From the IMG/VR virus record IMGVR_UViG_3300021255_002777, positions 18,750 through 82,749 of that record: a stretch of DNA of 64,000 bases; one strand, written 5' to 3'. Position 1 is the first letter of the stretch. Each line of letters opens with the position of its first letter. Of this stretch, positions 20,301 through 29,827 are shown in pieces. Origin of the DNA: a virus (Duplodnaviria; Caudoviricetes). The notes beneath the pieces were generated by a model. It was not told the origin of the DNA. It saw only the letters and a program-made list of their open reading frames with translations, and searched no databases. The position numbers were made by a program, and so were the translations under genes.

Positions 20301-22963
20301 TCAACGTAGAAGAAGTCTGGCACAGTGCTTGTAAACTTCTTACGCAGTTCATCGGATGAGCCTGTATACGGGAACGTCAACGAATACTTCTGATTCTGTG
20401 TTCCTTGACGTTGCACACTTCTGAAGTTTGGTCTGCGGTTATACATTGTGGGCAACTCACCATTCCTCTGCTGGCTGTCACCAAGCGGATGATTATGTCG
20501 GAACTCTGCCCATGAGCCAAACCTGGTGAACTCATCAAAATCAAATCTTGATTGGTGAGTACTTGCATCGTAAGACACAAACAGTCTCGGGTCTATCGCT
20601 ATTGATGCAAGCATCTTGCCTGAGTCCATTCCTCCGTAAAAGTTGCCTGTGCCATTATCAAATTCAGGTGATGGGATTGTGTAGCCGTTTGTTGTATCCC
20701 AGATGTAGTTCCCATAAGCATCCTTGTTACTGGCACTCAATCCATCTAATGTGAGTGATGTTAAATCAATCGGAGAGAATGGTCTAAGGAACCATGAACT
20801 CTGTGCAAATGGCGCATTACTTGCCCTATCCTTCACGTTATACACAGTAGGATTAAGCAGACCGCTAGTATAGATGTTGCGCTCCCAAGGTTTAGGGTAT
20901 ACAACAACAGGGCGCACCTTCCTGTATCCTTCTTTACGTAGTTTAGTGACTACATTGGTGTTGAGGCTGAATGTGGCATGTACAGTGTTTAACATACCGC
21001 TCTGAAATGTAGGAAATACATCGGAGTTCGTGTAATCCCCAAGCCACCATACATCACTCCACTTTCCTGTTTTATCTTGCGCTTGGAATCCGAACCTGTA
21101 CTCCTCACCACGTTGGAATGATGTGATGTTGTATGAATCAGACTTTAACTGATTCTCGTGGCTGTAGTATCCTGAGAACTTATCAGAGGATATATCAGAT
21201 TTGTGAAGTACGAATTGTACAGACTCGTCTTGCTGACCAAACGGTATTGTGTTCTCCAGAACATCACGCAGATTGTGGAATTGCTGCTTCAGGTTACCAA
21301 GAAACAATGTGTTGCTCTTCTGTTCGAGTGTGTTCGGATAAACACTGATACCACCAAGATACAACAACTCATTGGGGTCAACAACTTCGCCAGTAGTGTT
21401 GGTGTCTGTGAACACTATCGGCGGGTAAGTCCCGTCTGCGTTGGCAGTCGGTACAGGTATATCAGCAACCCTACGTACTGCTACTTCTGCGTCAAATGAA
21501 GTGTGTACTATGTGGTATAGCCTGATGTAGTCAAACCGACCATCAGGTTCATACTTCTTTATTGTGAGCGTAAAGGAGTTTGCACAGTTCTCACCAGGAG
21601 CACCACCACGGTCATCTGGCGAGGAGTAGTGAATAGGACTAATCCATGCGATGTTGCTTTCTGCACCATAACGTTTCATGTAAGTGAAAGCCCACTGCAC
21701 AGTACCGCTAGGGAACATTCCGCCTGTGCTGTTACGCTCAATGGTTACACGTTCTTGCAGATGCAGGATAGGAACAGAGTCAAACAGAAGATTAGATGTC
21801 CACGGTTTATCACCGTTCTTGTCTGCAATGTTCGCATAACGCATCGGATGGATACCGTCAACCCAGTATATCTTTTTTATCTTCTCGTTTTCGAAGTATA
21901 CAGTACTTTCAATGGGATACTCAGTACTGAATCCAAGATTGCCACGGAAGTATTCAAACACGTTGGCAATAATATCATTGTTACCTTCGACAACGCGATT
22001 ACTCTTCTCAGCTGTGATTAGGTAGATGTGGTCACAAACCTTGTCTTGCTTATCCTCATCGTAGTCACAGATTACTGTGTTATCATCTGGGTCAGGAGTC
22101 GGATCAGGTGTCGGTGTTTCGCCACCGTCATCTTCTATAGAAGGAACGTGGATATTTACATTAATATTTGCACCAATAAGCGAACTTGGAACGTTGTCAC
22201 TGGTTTGTACAATGTCGGTAGAGGATAGTGCAACTGAACATGAGTAATCAATAGGATTAGTCCTGTCGACACCATCAGGACGATGAAACCTGATATAGAA
22301 TACGTATGGCTGCCGAGAGGATACAGCATAAGCATCTTTTCTGGATATTTTCAGGTTATACAAATCCTGCGCAGAATTAGGCTTCCTGATAGAGAAATTA
22401 TCTGTACCAGAACCAAGCGTGATATCTATCGATTCATCATCGCCATTGTAGTTATTCGGGTCATAAGCCACACCGAAGAACTTTGTTATGGCTATAGTTA
22501 TTAAAAGTTCTGTATTTGCTGTGGTAGTACTGAGTGATATATTACCGGCAAAGTAAGACTGAGTCACTCCATTGATGAGACAATCAAGCGAGCATAGCAC
22601 TGGATGCAGAGTATTAGGCTTAGCGAATTTAGGCATGTGATCTTCGCTGGTCTCGTCAACCTTAATCAGTTCATCAGGGTTGATGTTGGTAATATAGTCA
22701 ACGCCCTCTTCCTCATGTGTGAACAGCACGGCGGTTTCATTAATTGTGTTAAACCCGATTACCGTACCTTTAATGTTTACTATGTTTTGATCTTTGTCGC
22801 GTGCCTTCAGCGTACCCTCTTCATTGACAAGTGCCGTTAATGTGTTTGTGTCACTGTGCCTCAGCCTCATGTTCTGAAGATGGTAAGCGTGCTGTTTGTC
22901 AGCAGAAGAATCTGCAACATCCTTTTGCATTCCTAATATTTTATATAACGCTTGTTGTCTCAT
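17384..22963 (-). CDS. Tail muzzle / tail stabilisation protein (crAss001 gp44-like)
   Basis: 1859 aa beta-rich; NIKKIYWVDG, QYAF/YRFG-type repeats, WLPAGE..GDTYYQRYD and GCQNKWSI motifs recalled as typical of Crassvirales stabilisation proteins. Confidence 0.8.
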   Translation of the reverse strand: MRQQALYKILGMQKDVADSSADKQHAYHLQNMRLRHSDTNTLTALVNEEGTLKARDKDQNIVNIKGTVIGFNTINETAVLFTHEEEGVDYITNINPDELIKVDETSEDHMPKFAKPNTLHPVLCSLDCLINGVTQSYFAGNISLSTTTANTELLITIAITKFFGVAYDPNNYNGDDESIDITLGSGTDNFSIRKPNSAQDLYNLKISRKDAYAVSSRQPYVFYIRFHRPDGVDRTNPIDYSCSVALSSTDIVQTSDNVPSSLIGANINVNIHVPSIEDDGGETPTPDPTPDPDDNTVICDYDEDKQDKVCDHIYLITAEKSNRVVEGNNDIIANVFEYFRGNLGFSTEYPIESTVYFENEKIKKIYWVDGIHPMRYANIADKNGDKPWTSNLLFDSVPILHLQERVTIERNSTGGMFPSGTVQWAFTYMKRYGAESNIAWISPIHYSSPDDRGGAPGENCANSFTLTIKKYEPDGRFDYIRLYHIVHTSFDAEVAVRRVADIPVPTANADGTYPPIVFTDTNTTGEVVDPNELLYLGGISVYPNTLEQKSNTLFLGNLKQQFHNLRDVLENTIPFGQQDESVQFVLHKSDISSDKFSGYYSHENQLKSDSYNITSFQRGEEYRFGFQAQDKTGKWSDVWWLGDYTNSDVFPTFQSGMLNTVHATFSLNTNVVTKLRKEGYRKVRPVVVYPKPWERNIYTSGLLNPTVYNVKDRASNAPFAQSSWFLRPFSPIDLTSLTLDGLSASNKDAYGNYIWDTTNGYTIPSPEFDNGTGNFYGGMDSGKMLASIAIDPRLFVSYDASTHQSRFDFDEFTRFGSWAEFRHNHPLGDSQQRNGELPTMYNRRPNFRSVQRQGTQNQKYSLTFPYTGSSDELRKKFTSTVPDFFYVDQSIFTMNSADIDFDDALQATKLDDCKMRIVGLVPINSFISSYDIMTSTPPNKFYTEENNGMVIAPGLYASEIVGSKMTDVGQGWKSLINAPLWFDDISWNSVEDVKSYKNDAATPVGFAVYPWQCQGSLNNDSIGSRKTYPTDTKEDKKESKNNTGDNYISAELKSKVLANLHYSWRTCYIKNLSVANDISVKAKTVLDEQQVSLTNITEPDNSELGSLHYFGSVDKLITPISGFVTDVNGDSETAVTDAFKYPLTRYGGYPKMVTFIPYAQHSIQHGEDDYPNKYAFSTPYIPLSAASTINGSAMSSYIAGTGISLMVELPDLKKGADRTMSSVPIKYKSGNHIVVALDYIKEGNDKVQSCLDRYVQYNHSSVNTGYPFWDKSADKFKAVDLFNSNDVFDAGEVTLSTYSYGSCSFNYTKFFSGQITLDNYVDNLCGYLYLGQLYRDTVVNRFGGTTEEAIEQNLWLPAGEAVYLKSDNAATLEWSAGDTYYQRYDALRTYPFTEEDQNKVIDIVSFMTETHINIDGRYDKNRGLSDNNHVRPTNFNQLNRVYSQQDNFFTYHTINRKKVQLDVFEYSFTWTLNKVAGALRDEWTRLTLASTYNCDGNKGSLNRIVRLDTQLVAFQDSGIAQILFNETSQMQAADGLPFELANSGRMQGLRYYTTEVGCQNKWSIAVQPTGIYWVDARTNSMNVLADGIQPVSTTKGMYTWFINRSDLGIIWHPGEWQGLFMHSDKTTGELFLTGNDTCLCFDTMTGEFTSFYDYQNTTAMFAINDTVFTVAPDRSTPESIINLYNGKLYTDHIWLHRKNINKHCFIYNKQYSASVEIICNSNNQGNDYGTDKIFDNLEWRADAWERNDGWDYKPFVTFDNLSGNDHYQRFEMELNAVNGDAPDNNTPQLDNPAKPVNLRKKFKVWHTTMPRAKEQDAEGNWVQTRDRVRDTWCHIKLELTPELSKYRHILHDIIVTYFI

Positions 22964-22972
22964 TATTGTTTA

Positions 22973-23536
22973 TTAACTTGCCATAAGATTAAGTTTCTCT
23001 GGATAACCCGCCGTGATGTCATAGGCTTCGATGTCCTCCACATTGTCCATAGCCATCACCGCAGCCTTGTGTGCCTCGGTGACATTAAGAGCCTCCGCAG
23101 CATAGACCTCAAGTGCGTTAAGCATCTGCAACCATGCGCTTGTCGGGAAAGTGAACTGCTGACCTCCGAACCACTTTGTCACTGTCTCAGCACCAGTGGC
23201 TTGGTAAGCCTCTATGCTTATTCGTAACTGCTGCCTTGTAGGTGCATCCAACCACATGGGGACACCACCAAGATAGAACTCATTGACGTTCTCACTTTCA
23301 TCATATATGTCAATATCTGTAATCTTTCTATTCTTGGCTCGTTCCACCAGTTCTTCTTGTGTAGGTTCAATAACAGGTTCTTCCCACACGAGCCAACCAG
23401 CGGCAAGCATCATCTCCTCAGTTGGGTTGATTGTCGTTACAACTTCAACCTTGCCATCAACTTCTTCAGTGGTCTTCAGTACATTTCCAGTAAAGAAAAC
23501 CTCTTCTCCGTTTATGATTTTATAATACTGTTTCAT
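22973..23536 (-). CDS. DUF4376-like tail-fibre-associated/assembly protein (copy 1)
   Basis: MWLD..R..L, LEVYA, YD.T.GYPEKL motifs; clear paralogue of 39559-40107; ATG at 23536 preferred over the track start. Confidence 0.7.
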   Translation of the reverse strand: MKQYYKIINGEEVFFTGNVLKTTEEVDGKVEVVTTINPTEEMMLAAGWLVWEEPVIEPTQEELVERAKNRKITDIDIYDESENVNEFYLGGVPMWLDAPTRQQLRISIEAYQATGAETVTKWFGGQQFTFPTSAWLQMLNALEVYAAEALNVTEAHKAAVMAMDNVEDIEAYDITAGYPEKLNLMAS

Positions 23537-23538
23537 TA

Positions 23539-24438
23539 TCAACTAGGTATTGCTTGGATTCTACTTGCGTATGAACTCCAATTAGTCGCTGTTTTGTATG
23601 CATCAACGCTTTCCACTGGTACATAAATCGGTGCGTTGTTTGTATTGTTAAACGCGTTTGACCCTAATGTCGGTGGTGTTGTTGCCTGTACTGTGATTTC
23701 TGTTAAGGTTTTCATATAACTGAAAGTGCCAGTTCCGATGCTAGTTACTCCACTCGGGATAACGAGTGTAGTCAACACATTAGAACTAGAAGAAGAATTG
23801 TAACCACAATAATAAAAAGCATAACTACCGATTTTTGTAAGTGTGGATGGGAGTGTTACCTTACTTACATAGTAAGTCATTTCAAAAGCATCAAGTCCTA
23901 TTTCTGTGATACCTTCAGGTATGTCTATAACCGCTCCTTTGGTGCTTGATAAAAAACAACAATAAGAAAAACAAGCATTCGGAATTTTGCCAATCCCTGA
24001 TGGGATATTAAATGTCTTTAGAGACTTTTGGTACTGGAAAGCATTTGTCCCCAAACTTCTCAAAGAACTTGGTAACTGTACCGAAACAATGTTAGCTTCC
24101 CTTTCATTGGCTACAAGTTCAGCAGAAAACGCACGTTTTCCTATAGTAGTGACTCCTTCTGGAATGACCACATTTTGTATACGTGTACGAGCAAATGCGT
24201 AATCACCGATGGTTGTTACTGTGCTTGGTATATCAAATTCGGTAAACATTCGGTTATCCACGAAGGCATATGGAGCAATCTGTGTTACTCCCGATGGCCA
24301 GTTAACTTTCTTGATATAATTCGCTCCAAAGTTTAAATCTGAGCCATTAGGCCACTTTACCTCAAATATGCACTGGTGATCACTATCACCACTGCTGGTG
24401 GTTGAAGTTAGTATTCTACGTCTAGTTAATTCACTCAT
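23539..24438 (-). CDS. BspA-type (LRR_5) leucine-rich-repeat protein, putative receptor-binding/adhesin subunit
   Basis: Repeats of IP.GVT.IG..AF; C-terminal TPPTLGSNAF...IYVPVESVDAYKTATNWSSYASRIQAI, typical of Bacteroidales BspA proteins. Confidence 0.85.
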   Translation of the reverse strand: MSELTRRRILTSTTSSGDSDHQCIFEVKWPNGSDLNFGANYIKKVNWPSGVTQIAPYAFVDNRMFTEFDIPSTVTTIGDYAFARTRIQNVVIPEGVTTIGKRAFSAELVANEREANIVSVQLPSSLRSLGTNAFQYQKSLKTFNIPSGIGKIPNACFSYCCFLSSTKGAVIDIPEGITEIGLDAFEMTYYVSKVTLPSTLTKIGSYAFYYCGYNSSSSSNVLTTLVIPSGVTSIGTGTFSYMKTLTEITVQATTPPTLGSNAFNNTNNAPIYVPVESVDAYKTATNWSSYASRIQAIPS

Positions 24439-24440
24439 AA

Positions 24441-27400
24441 TTAGTAATCTGTCATACTGCCAGTAACATCAATAAGATGAAACTCGCGTTGATAAATATT
24501 AAATTCATATGTATGATTCGCCAAAATTGGAGGATTATTGTCAGCAATGAGGACATTTGCGCGAATACTCAACGGCATATTATCCATCCCAGCAATAAAT
24601 CTTCCTGATATTGGGACTTGGTTCATAAGATTCATATCTTGGGTACAAGTAAGATTTCTGGTCGAAACGGTTCCTTTTATAAGGAAACGTGGTAGACCAC
24701 CATAACCTGTCAAGTCCCAAAATACACAAGGTGTGTACAGCGCGTGTACTTCTGTTAAGATACCACTCTGAGGTGCATAATAACCATAACCGTTATAAAA
24801 ATAACATGTCTCATAAGTGTATTCAGAACTAGCCCATTTATCAACATTCTCAGAGTTGTTAAGCATGGTTATAACCTGATTGAATAATTTCTCTTCATGA
24901 TTAACTGTTTCATGGTACACATGCCTTAAAGAAATAGAATATAACCAAGCTGTCTCATCAAGGCTCCCTAATGTGGTGTTTGGTACTTTCTTATAATGAA
25001 CCAAATTCATTGTAAAATAAATATGGGTACCGAAAATTTGGTCGATTGAGTAAACTTGGGTACTGTCAAAAGTGAAATCACAAACTCTATCAACATCAAA
25101 ACTTGTCATAGTTGCATTTGTGTATCTCATTGAGCACAAATATACCTTATTATTCGCCAAGTCAAAAAATACAGGTTTTCCATATTCTTCATTTATATCA
25201 CCAAACCTGTCTGCCCATATTTTGCCAAGTTCTGTATTGGTCAGCGAATATTCAGCTCCACGAGTATAGATTTCAGTTAAATAACCCGCAAGCGCTGTTG
25301 GTCTACCGCCTGGGTAGTCACTACAAGAGTCCACAAGAAACCAACTAGCATATGAGCCGTAGGGTAATTCAGGGTCACCGCTGCGCATTGTAGTATAATT
25401 TAACCAATCTTCATCTTCAAAGCGCTTCACCTTGTAAGTGTCAATATCTCCAGTACCTACAATACTTTCTCCGTTGATGGTTTTGAATTGAGGACCCACA
25501 GGTATCCATTCTTGGTCCCAGCGATACAGGTTGCCGGTCTGCTTGTCGATGTAGATGATGCCATAAACGGGTTCACCGAGGATAACTTCTCTTCCTACTC
25601 CATAAAGCAGGCTTAGCCTGGGTTTGCCGGTCACAGTATTCTGTACAACGATGATATCCCCTAATTCTGCATCTTTGGTGGACAACGTGGGGTCTATGCT
25701 GTAGAGCAGCACACGGGGCCATTGGTTGGGGGTAAGAACCGATTGACCTATAAGGTCCGCCTTATCACTTACATCAGTTATAACCGTACCCAAATTAATA
25801 ATACCACTTGTACCCTTGCTTGCACCATTCATGGTTATGCCCGTGATAGTGCCAGTATTTGAGGTGAAGCCACTGTCATTAATCAACTGGCTAACCTTCG
25901 TAGGAATAGTAGGTGTTCCATCTAAGTCAGAATATCTATTTGTAACAGCAGCGGGCCCAACAGTACTTACAGGAGTAAGGTAGTTGTACATAACAACATA
26001 GAGAATGGTTCCTGATGCCACACTTCCATTTAATACACTACCACTAAATGTTCCATCTGATGGTATAGTAATTTGTCTAACATCATTAATTTCTCCATTT
26101 GTCGTACTTAAATCATAAGTTATACTGCCAAAATTAAATCTAAACGTATAAGATTGCGTAGCAGATTTTGCATAAATTGATACAAGAAATGTTCCAGATG
26201 TAAGATTAGGTATACAACCTGAGTTACCTTTCACAGTAAAATTACCACTACCATTTACATCATTACGATACAATTTACCAGCAACTGAACCTACTTTAAT
26301 ATCATTAGGTATATGTGTATTACTGGGCAATGCACCTACATCACTAGCACTAAGAGTTAGGTTACTTGACAATGCCTTGCCATTAACAGTGCGGGTTGAT
26401 GGAACATAATTGGCGAAGTCTTCTGCGAATGCAATAGTATGTTCGTTCCCGTCATCAGGAAAGTTCATTATTACCTTTGAACCGAACCAATAATCATCAG
26501 TGAAGGCTAAACTCAATATAGTATTTTCATCGCCTTCTAAATCAACAGCAATCAATCCATCAAGTGTGGAGTCATAAACTTCTAATTTAGAAACTCCAAA
26601 TTTCTCGTTAAGATCACCGTTCTTATTAGCCTTGTCCTCCAACGCGCTATAAATAGCACCACCTTGAACTGGGTTAGTACCATTCTGCGTGATAGTTGAA
26701 TCAACAGTAACAGCAGTTGGGATAACAGGCTTATCTGTCAAGTCATTGTAACTGCCACTTGTCGCAACAGCAGCAAGGTCTGCTTGTTGTATGGCAGTAG
26801 CACCCTTAGATGCCCCACTGCGGATAGTCGCCAAATCACTGATAGCATCCTGCTTGTCTTGCCAACTGTCTATAGCAATCAAATGGTAGTAAGTATTGTA
26901 TATAAATGTCGCAGTGTCACCAGCCTTAATCACTCCTGACGTAATTGCAGCATCCTTATTATAGATAGCCTTTGCACCCTTTGAGTTGATATTAAGAGTA
27001 GCATTTGCAGGAACGTCATAAAGGAACTTAACACTTACAATACCATTAGCGGTCAAAGCATAACTTCCCAAGGTGGCAGTAATGGTAGCGGAAGCAGCAG
27101 AGTTATTTTGTACAGCGTAACCTTGGCCTAGCGCAACATTGCTGTATGTGCTGTTATTATCTACACTGTGCCCCATAAACACCCAATAAGTGCCGTCATA
27201 CACATAGTGCAAATACCTGTTGGCGTAACCAGCATAGGCACTCTTAGCGGATGCCAATACCGCATTGTTGTACCATATTCTGATTGCACCAGTGCCATTA
27301 ACATTCAACTGAGGTGTCGTGCTTGTAGAGGAATTGGTCGCCGTGAACTTGACGACGATCTCAGTGCCTGCATACGGCTTATCATTCTCATCAACGGGAA

Positions 27401-27533
27401 AATCCTCCACCGTGCATACCTTTGGATTGGTTGCAGCAGCCGTAGAGCAAGTGCCTACATACACTCTTTGCCCTTTAGCAGGCTCAAGTTCGTAGGTATC
27501 GTTGTTGATGGATATGTTTCTCGCAATCGCCAT
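24441..27533 (-). CDS. Long mosaic tail fibre protein
   Basis: 1030 aa; two N-terminal VKF...TLN(V/I)N..GA..I modules; shaft motifs AISDLATIRSGA, VATSGSYNDL, NPVQGGAIY, SSKTV-type; variable C-terminal region. Confidence 0.75.
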   Translation of the reverse strand: MAIARNISINNDTYELEPAKGQRVYVGTCSTAAATNPKVCTVEDFPVDENDKPYAGTEIVVKFTATNSSTSTTPQLNVNGTGAIRIWYNNAVLASAKSAYAGYANRYLHYVYDGTYWVFMGHSVDNNSTYSNVALGQGYAVQNNSAASATITATLGSYALTANGIVSVKFLYDVPANATLNINSKGAKAIYNKDAAITSGVIKAGDTATFIYNTYYHLIAIDSWQDKQDAISDLATIRSGASKGATAIQQADLAAVATSGSYNDLTDKPVIPTAVTVDSTITQNGTNPVQGGAIYSALEDKANKNGDLNEKFGVSKLEVYDSTLDGLIAVDLEGDENTILSLAFTDDYWFGSKVIMNFPDDGNEHTIAFAEDFANYVPSTRTVNGKALSSNLTLSASDVGALPSNTHIPNDIKVGSVAGKLYRNDVNGSGNFTVKGNSGCIPNLTSGTFLVSIYAKSATQSYTFRFNFGSITYDLSTTNGEINDVRQITIPSDGTFSGSVLNGSVASGTILYVVMYNYLTPVSTVGPAAVTNRYSDLDGTPTIPTKVSQLINDSGFTSNTGTITGITMNGASKGTSGIINLGTVITDVSDKADLIGQSVLTPNQWPRVLLYSIDPTLSTKDAELGDIIVVQNTVTGKPRLSLLYGVGREVILGEPVYGIIYIDKQTGNLYRWDQEWIPVGPQFKTINGESIVGTGDIDTYKVKRFEDEDWLNYTTMRSGDPELPYGSYASWFLVDSCSDYPGGRPTALAGYLTEIYTRGAEYSLTNTELGKIWADRFGDINEEYGKPVFFDLANNKVYLCSMRYTNATMTSFDVDRVCDFTFDSTQVYSIDQIFGTHIYFTMNLVHYKKVPNTTLGSLDETAWLYSISLRHVYHETVNHEEKLFNQVITMLNNSENVDKWASSEYTYETCYFYNGYGYYAPQSGILTEVHALYTPCVFWDLTGYGGLPRFLIKGTVSTRNLTCTQDMNLMNQVPISGRFIAGMDNMPLSIRANVLIADNNPPILANHTYEFNIYQREFHLIDVTGSMTDY

Positions 27534-27535
27534 AG

Positions 27536-28969
27536 TTATTCAGTCGGGAAGGTGAACGAAATGGTCTCAGTTGTCGAGTCATAGCCGTCATACAAGTCTG
27601 CCAAGGCACTGTACACACCGCCACTCTTGACGGGGTTGGCACTTGTCTTTGTAGGAACATTGTCAAAGGTCAAGGCGTTTTGCTTGTTGTTCCAAGTTGA
27701 CTTCTCGGTATCAGTGACAAGCCTATGTGTTGCATCATCAGTGAGGTCTGCCAACTCTTGTGGTATGCTTTGATATACATCTTCGATGGCTGTATCATAG
27801 TCCGCTTTCTTAACATACACAGGGAGTTGAACTAGACCAAAATGTGATTGTTCGTCGAATTGGATTCCAGTGACAACGGTAAGATTGACATTACCGTCCG
27901 TTGGCGATTGAGGAGTCCCGCTATTAAGACTAACGGTTTGCACCGAAGAAGCGCCCTTCCCCGCTCCACTGCGGATGGTATCAAGATCGTTAATCGCAGA
28001 TTGCTTGTTGCTCCATGCAGTCTTGTTGGCATCTGTAATACTTGCGGCTGGATGAGTGCTATCAAGCACAGTTGCGCTCTTGCCTGTTTCGCTTGTCAAT
28101 GTGATGGTAGTCTTACCTGCATTGGTGCCAGTACCCTTTGACACTGACATTTCGCTCTTGTTAGCCTTGCCGCTAATATCCTGATGCTCAACCACAACGG
28201 TCTGCGATGTGCCAGACTTGAGTTGAATGGTCTTCTTCGTCGTATCGCCAGCGACAGCAGTTACAGTCAACTCGCTCTTGTTAGCCTTGTTATCCAATGC
28301 GCCATTGATAACCTTGTTCTGAACAGGGTTGGTTGACGTGCTGCTCAGTGCCTCATCAACAGTACCGCTGACTGCCTCGATAGCATCAATGCGGTCATTG
28401 ATACCGAGCAACTGGTTGGCTAGCGTGGGGTCTGTCTTGTCAATGCCGTTCAAGAAATTCACAACCTCATTGAATGAGTCGATTGCTGCTGACACATCGC
28501 CAGTGCCTACCAAAGCAGCCAAGTCGTCAGCAACCGCGTCAACCTGGCTCTTTAGGGCAACTTCTCCGCTTGCGCCGACAGGAAGGGTGACCTCTGTTTT
28601 AGCGGTTCCGAGGCTTCCGTCAGCAGTGCTGCCGAATACGAACACTGGTTTGCCATTGACCTTTTTCACGATGATATAAGTCGAGTCAGCAATGCCATCC
28701 TCTATATTATCTATGCCAATCATGGGTGTAGCAACACCCTCTCTTACATAGATTTGTTTCGCTAACAAACCTTCGAGGTTCATATATGAAAGGTCGAAGG
28801 AACCGAGTTCCTGCGTTTTGGCGGCGTCCTTGTAAAACACCAGCCTTGTCTGCAAATCCTCGTCATTATTGACCCTAATCACACTAGCATAGGCAAAGCC
28901 AGCCCTCGCTATAGCATCCTTGATGTCATAACCAGCATTGTTGATTTTAATTTTACTAATGTCTGCCAT
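27536..28969 (-). CDS. Tail fibre shaft protein
   Basis: 477 aa; IDSFNEVVNFL, VDEALSSTSTNPVQNKVI, KANKSE x2 and AINDLDTIRSGA fibre motifs shared with neighbouring genes. Confidence 0.65.
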   Translation of the reverse strand: MADISKIKINNAGYDIKDAIARAGFAYASVIRVNNDEDLQTRLVFYKDAAKTQELGSFDLSYMNLEGLLAKQIYVREGVATPMIGIDNIEDGIADSTYIIVKKVNGKPVFVFGSTADGSLGTAKTEVTLPVGASGEVALKSQVDAVADDLAALVGTGDVSAAIDSFNEVVNFLNGIDKTDPTLANQLLGINDRIDAIEAVSGTVDEALSSTSTNPVQNKVINGALDNKANKSELTVTAVAGDTTKKTIQLKSGTSQTVVVEHQDISGKANKSEMSVSKGTGTNAGKTTITLTSETGKSATVLDSTHPAASITDANKTAWSNKQSAINDLDTIRSGAGKGASSVQTVSLNSGTPQSPTDGNVNLTVVTGIQFDEQSHFGLVQLPVYVKKADYDTAIEDVYQSIPQELADLTDDATHRLVTDTEKSTWNNKQNALTFDNVPTKTSANPVKSGGVYSALADLYDGYDSTTETISFTFPTE

Positions 28970-29006
28970 CGTTTTCTGTTTTTATTGTTTATTGTTAATA
29001 TTGTTG

Positions 29007-29825
29007 TTACCACTCGATATTAAGCGTCTCGCCGCTGACATAGGACTCCTTGCCCATCACATAATCGTGGAATCCAGTCACCACCTTGTTGGCGATGGCT
29101 CGCTCACTGGTGATGTCCCAATTCTGGTCAACAAGCATCTCGATGCCTTTTGTGACACTGAAGGATACCGTGTCTCCATCTGTAAGGAGAAATGTGACGG
29201 TTGTGGAGGTGCTGTCTTCTTCAGTCGTTATTTCAGCAATACCACGGTCAGCATTTCCGCTTGCAAAAAATACAGCGGCATCCAAATACCTGATCTCTCC
29301 AGGGATGTGTTTTATATCATCAGTTACAATATACAGCCTTTGGTTTTCTTTAAAGCGATACTGATTCCCTTCACTGTCTTTACATACGACAGCCATCGAA
29401 TAGACACCAACAGGTATTGAGCCTGAATCCTGCACAACGACATTGTTTCTGTTGTGGGATATTATAAGCTTTATCTGGGATTCACCGTTGTCAAGTACCA
29501 GTGATATCGGATATGAATCTGAAGGAATGAAATCAGCATCTGCCGTTGACAACACACCGTCATCTATGGTTATTGTGCGTATGACAAGAGGAATAATGAA
29601 TCCGAACGGGTTACCTTGGCCGTACACCAGCTTTGATGTCTTGTCCGGAAGGTAAGGTATTGCGTCAGTAACTTTCTCTATTGTCTCACGCAAATCCTTT
29701 GACAAGTCACTGGCAGGAATGCCGTCTGAAGGCTTGCTGTATTTGTTTACAACAAGCTCTCTGGCAACCCTGTCCTTGATGTCATAGGTAACCCCTTTGC
29801 GTTCTATTTTGCTGATTTCCTGCAT
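29007..29825 (-). CDS. Tail fibre/adaptor protein
   Basis: N-terminus EISKIERKGVTYDIKD is similar to 27536-28969; YSKPSDGIPASDL fibre motif; Ig-like middle region. Confidence 0.55.
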   Translation of the reverse strand: MQEISKIERKGVTYDIKDRVARELVVNKYSKPSDGIPASDLSKDLRETIEKVTDAIPYLPDKTSKLVYGQGNPFGFIIPLVIRTITIDDGVLSTADADFIPSDSYPISLVLDNGESQIKLIISHNRNNVVVQDSGSIPVGVYSMAVVCKDSEGNQYRFKENQRLYIVTDDIKHIPGEIRYLDAAVFFASGNADRGIAEITTEEDSTSTTVTFLLTDGDTVSFSVTKGIEMLVDQNWDITSERAIANKVVTGFHDYVMGKESYVSGETLNIEW

Positions 29826-29827
29826 AA

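Noticed and set aside
23539-25480. Diversity-generating retroelement
   Set aside because: No reverse transcriptase and no TR/VR near-duplicate were found in the window.
28150-28292. 19-bp direct repeat (CGCTCTTGTTAGCCTTG core)
   Set aside because: It encodes the repeated KANKSE fibre motif; an ordinary intragenic repeat.
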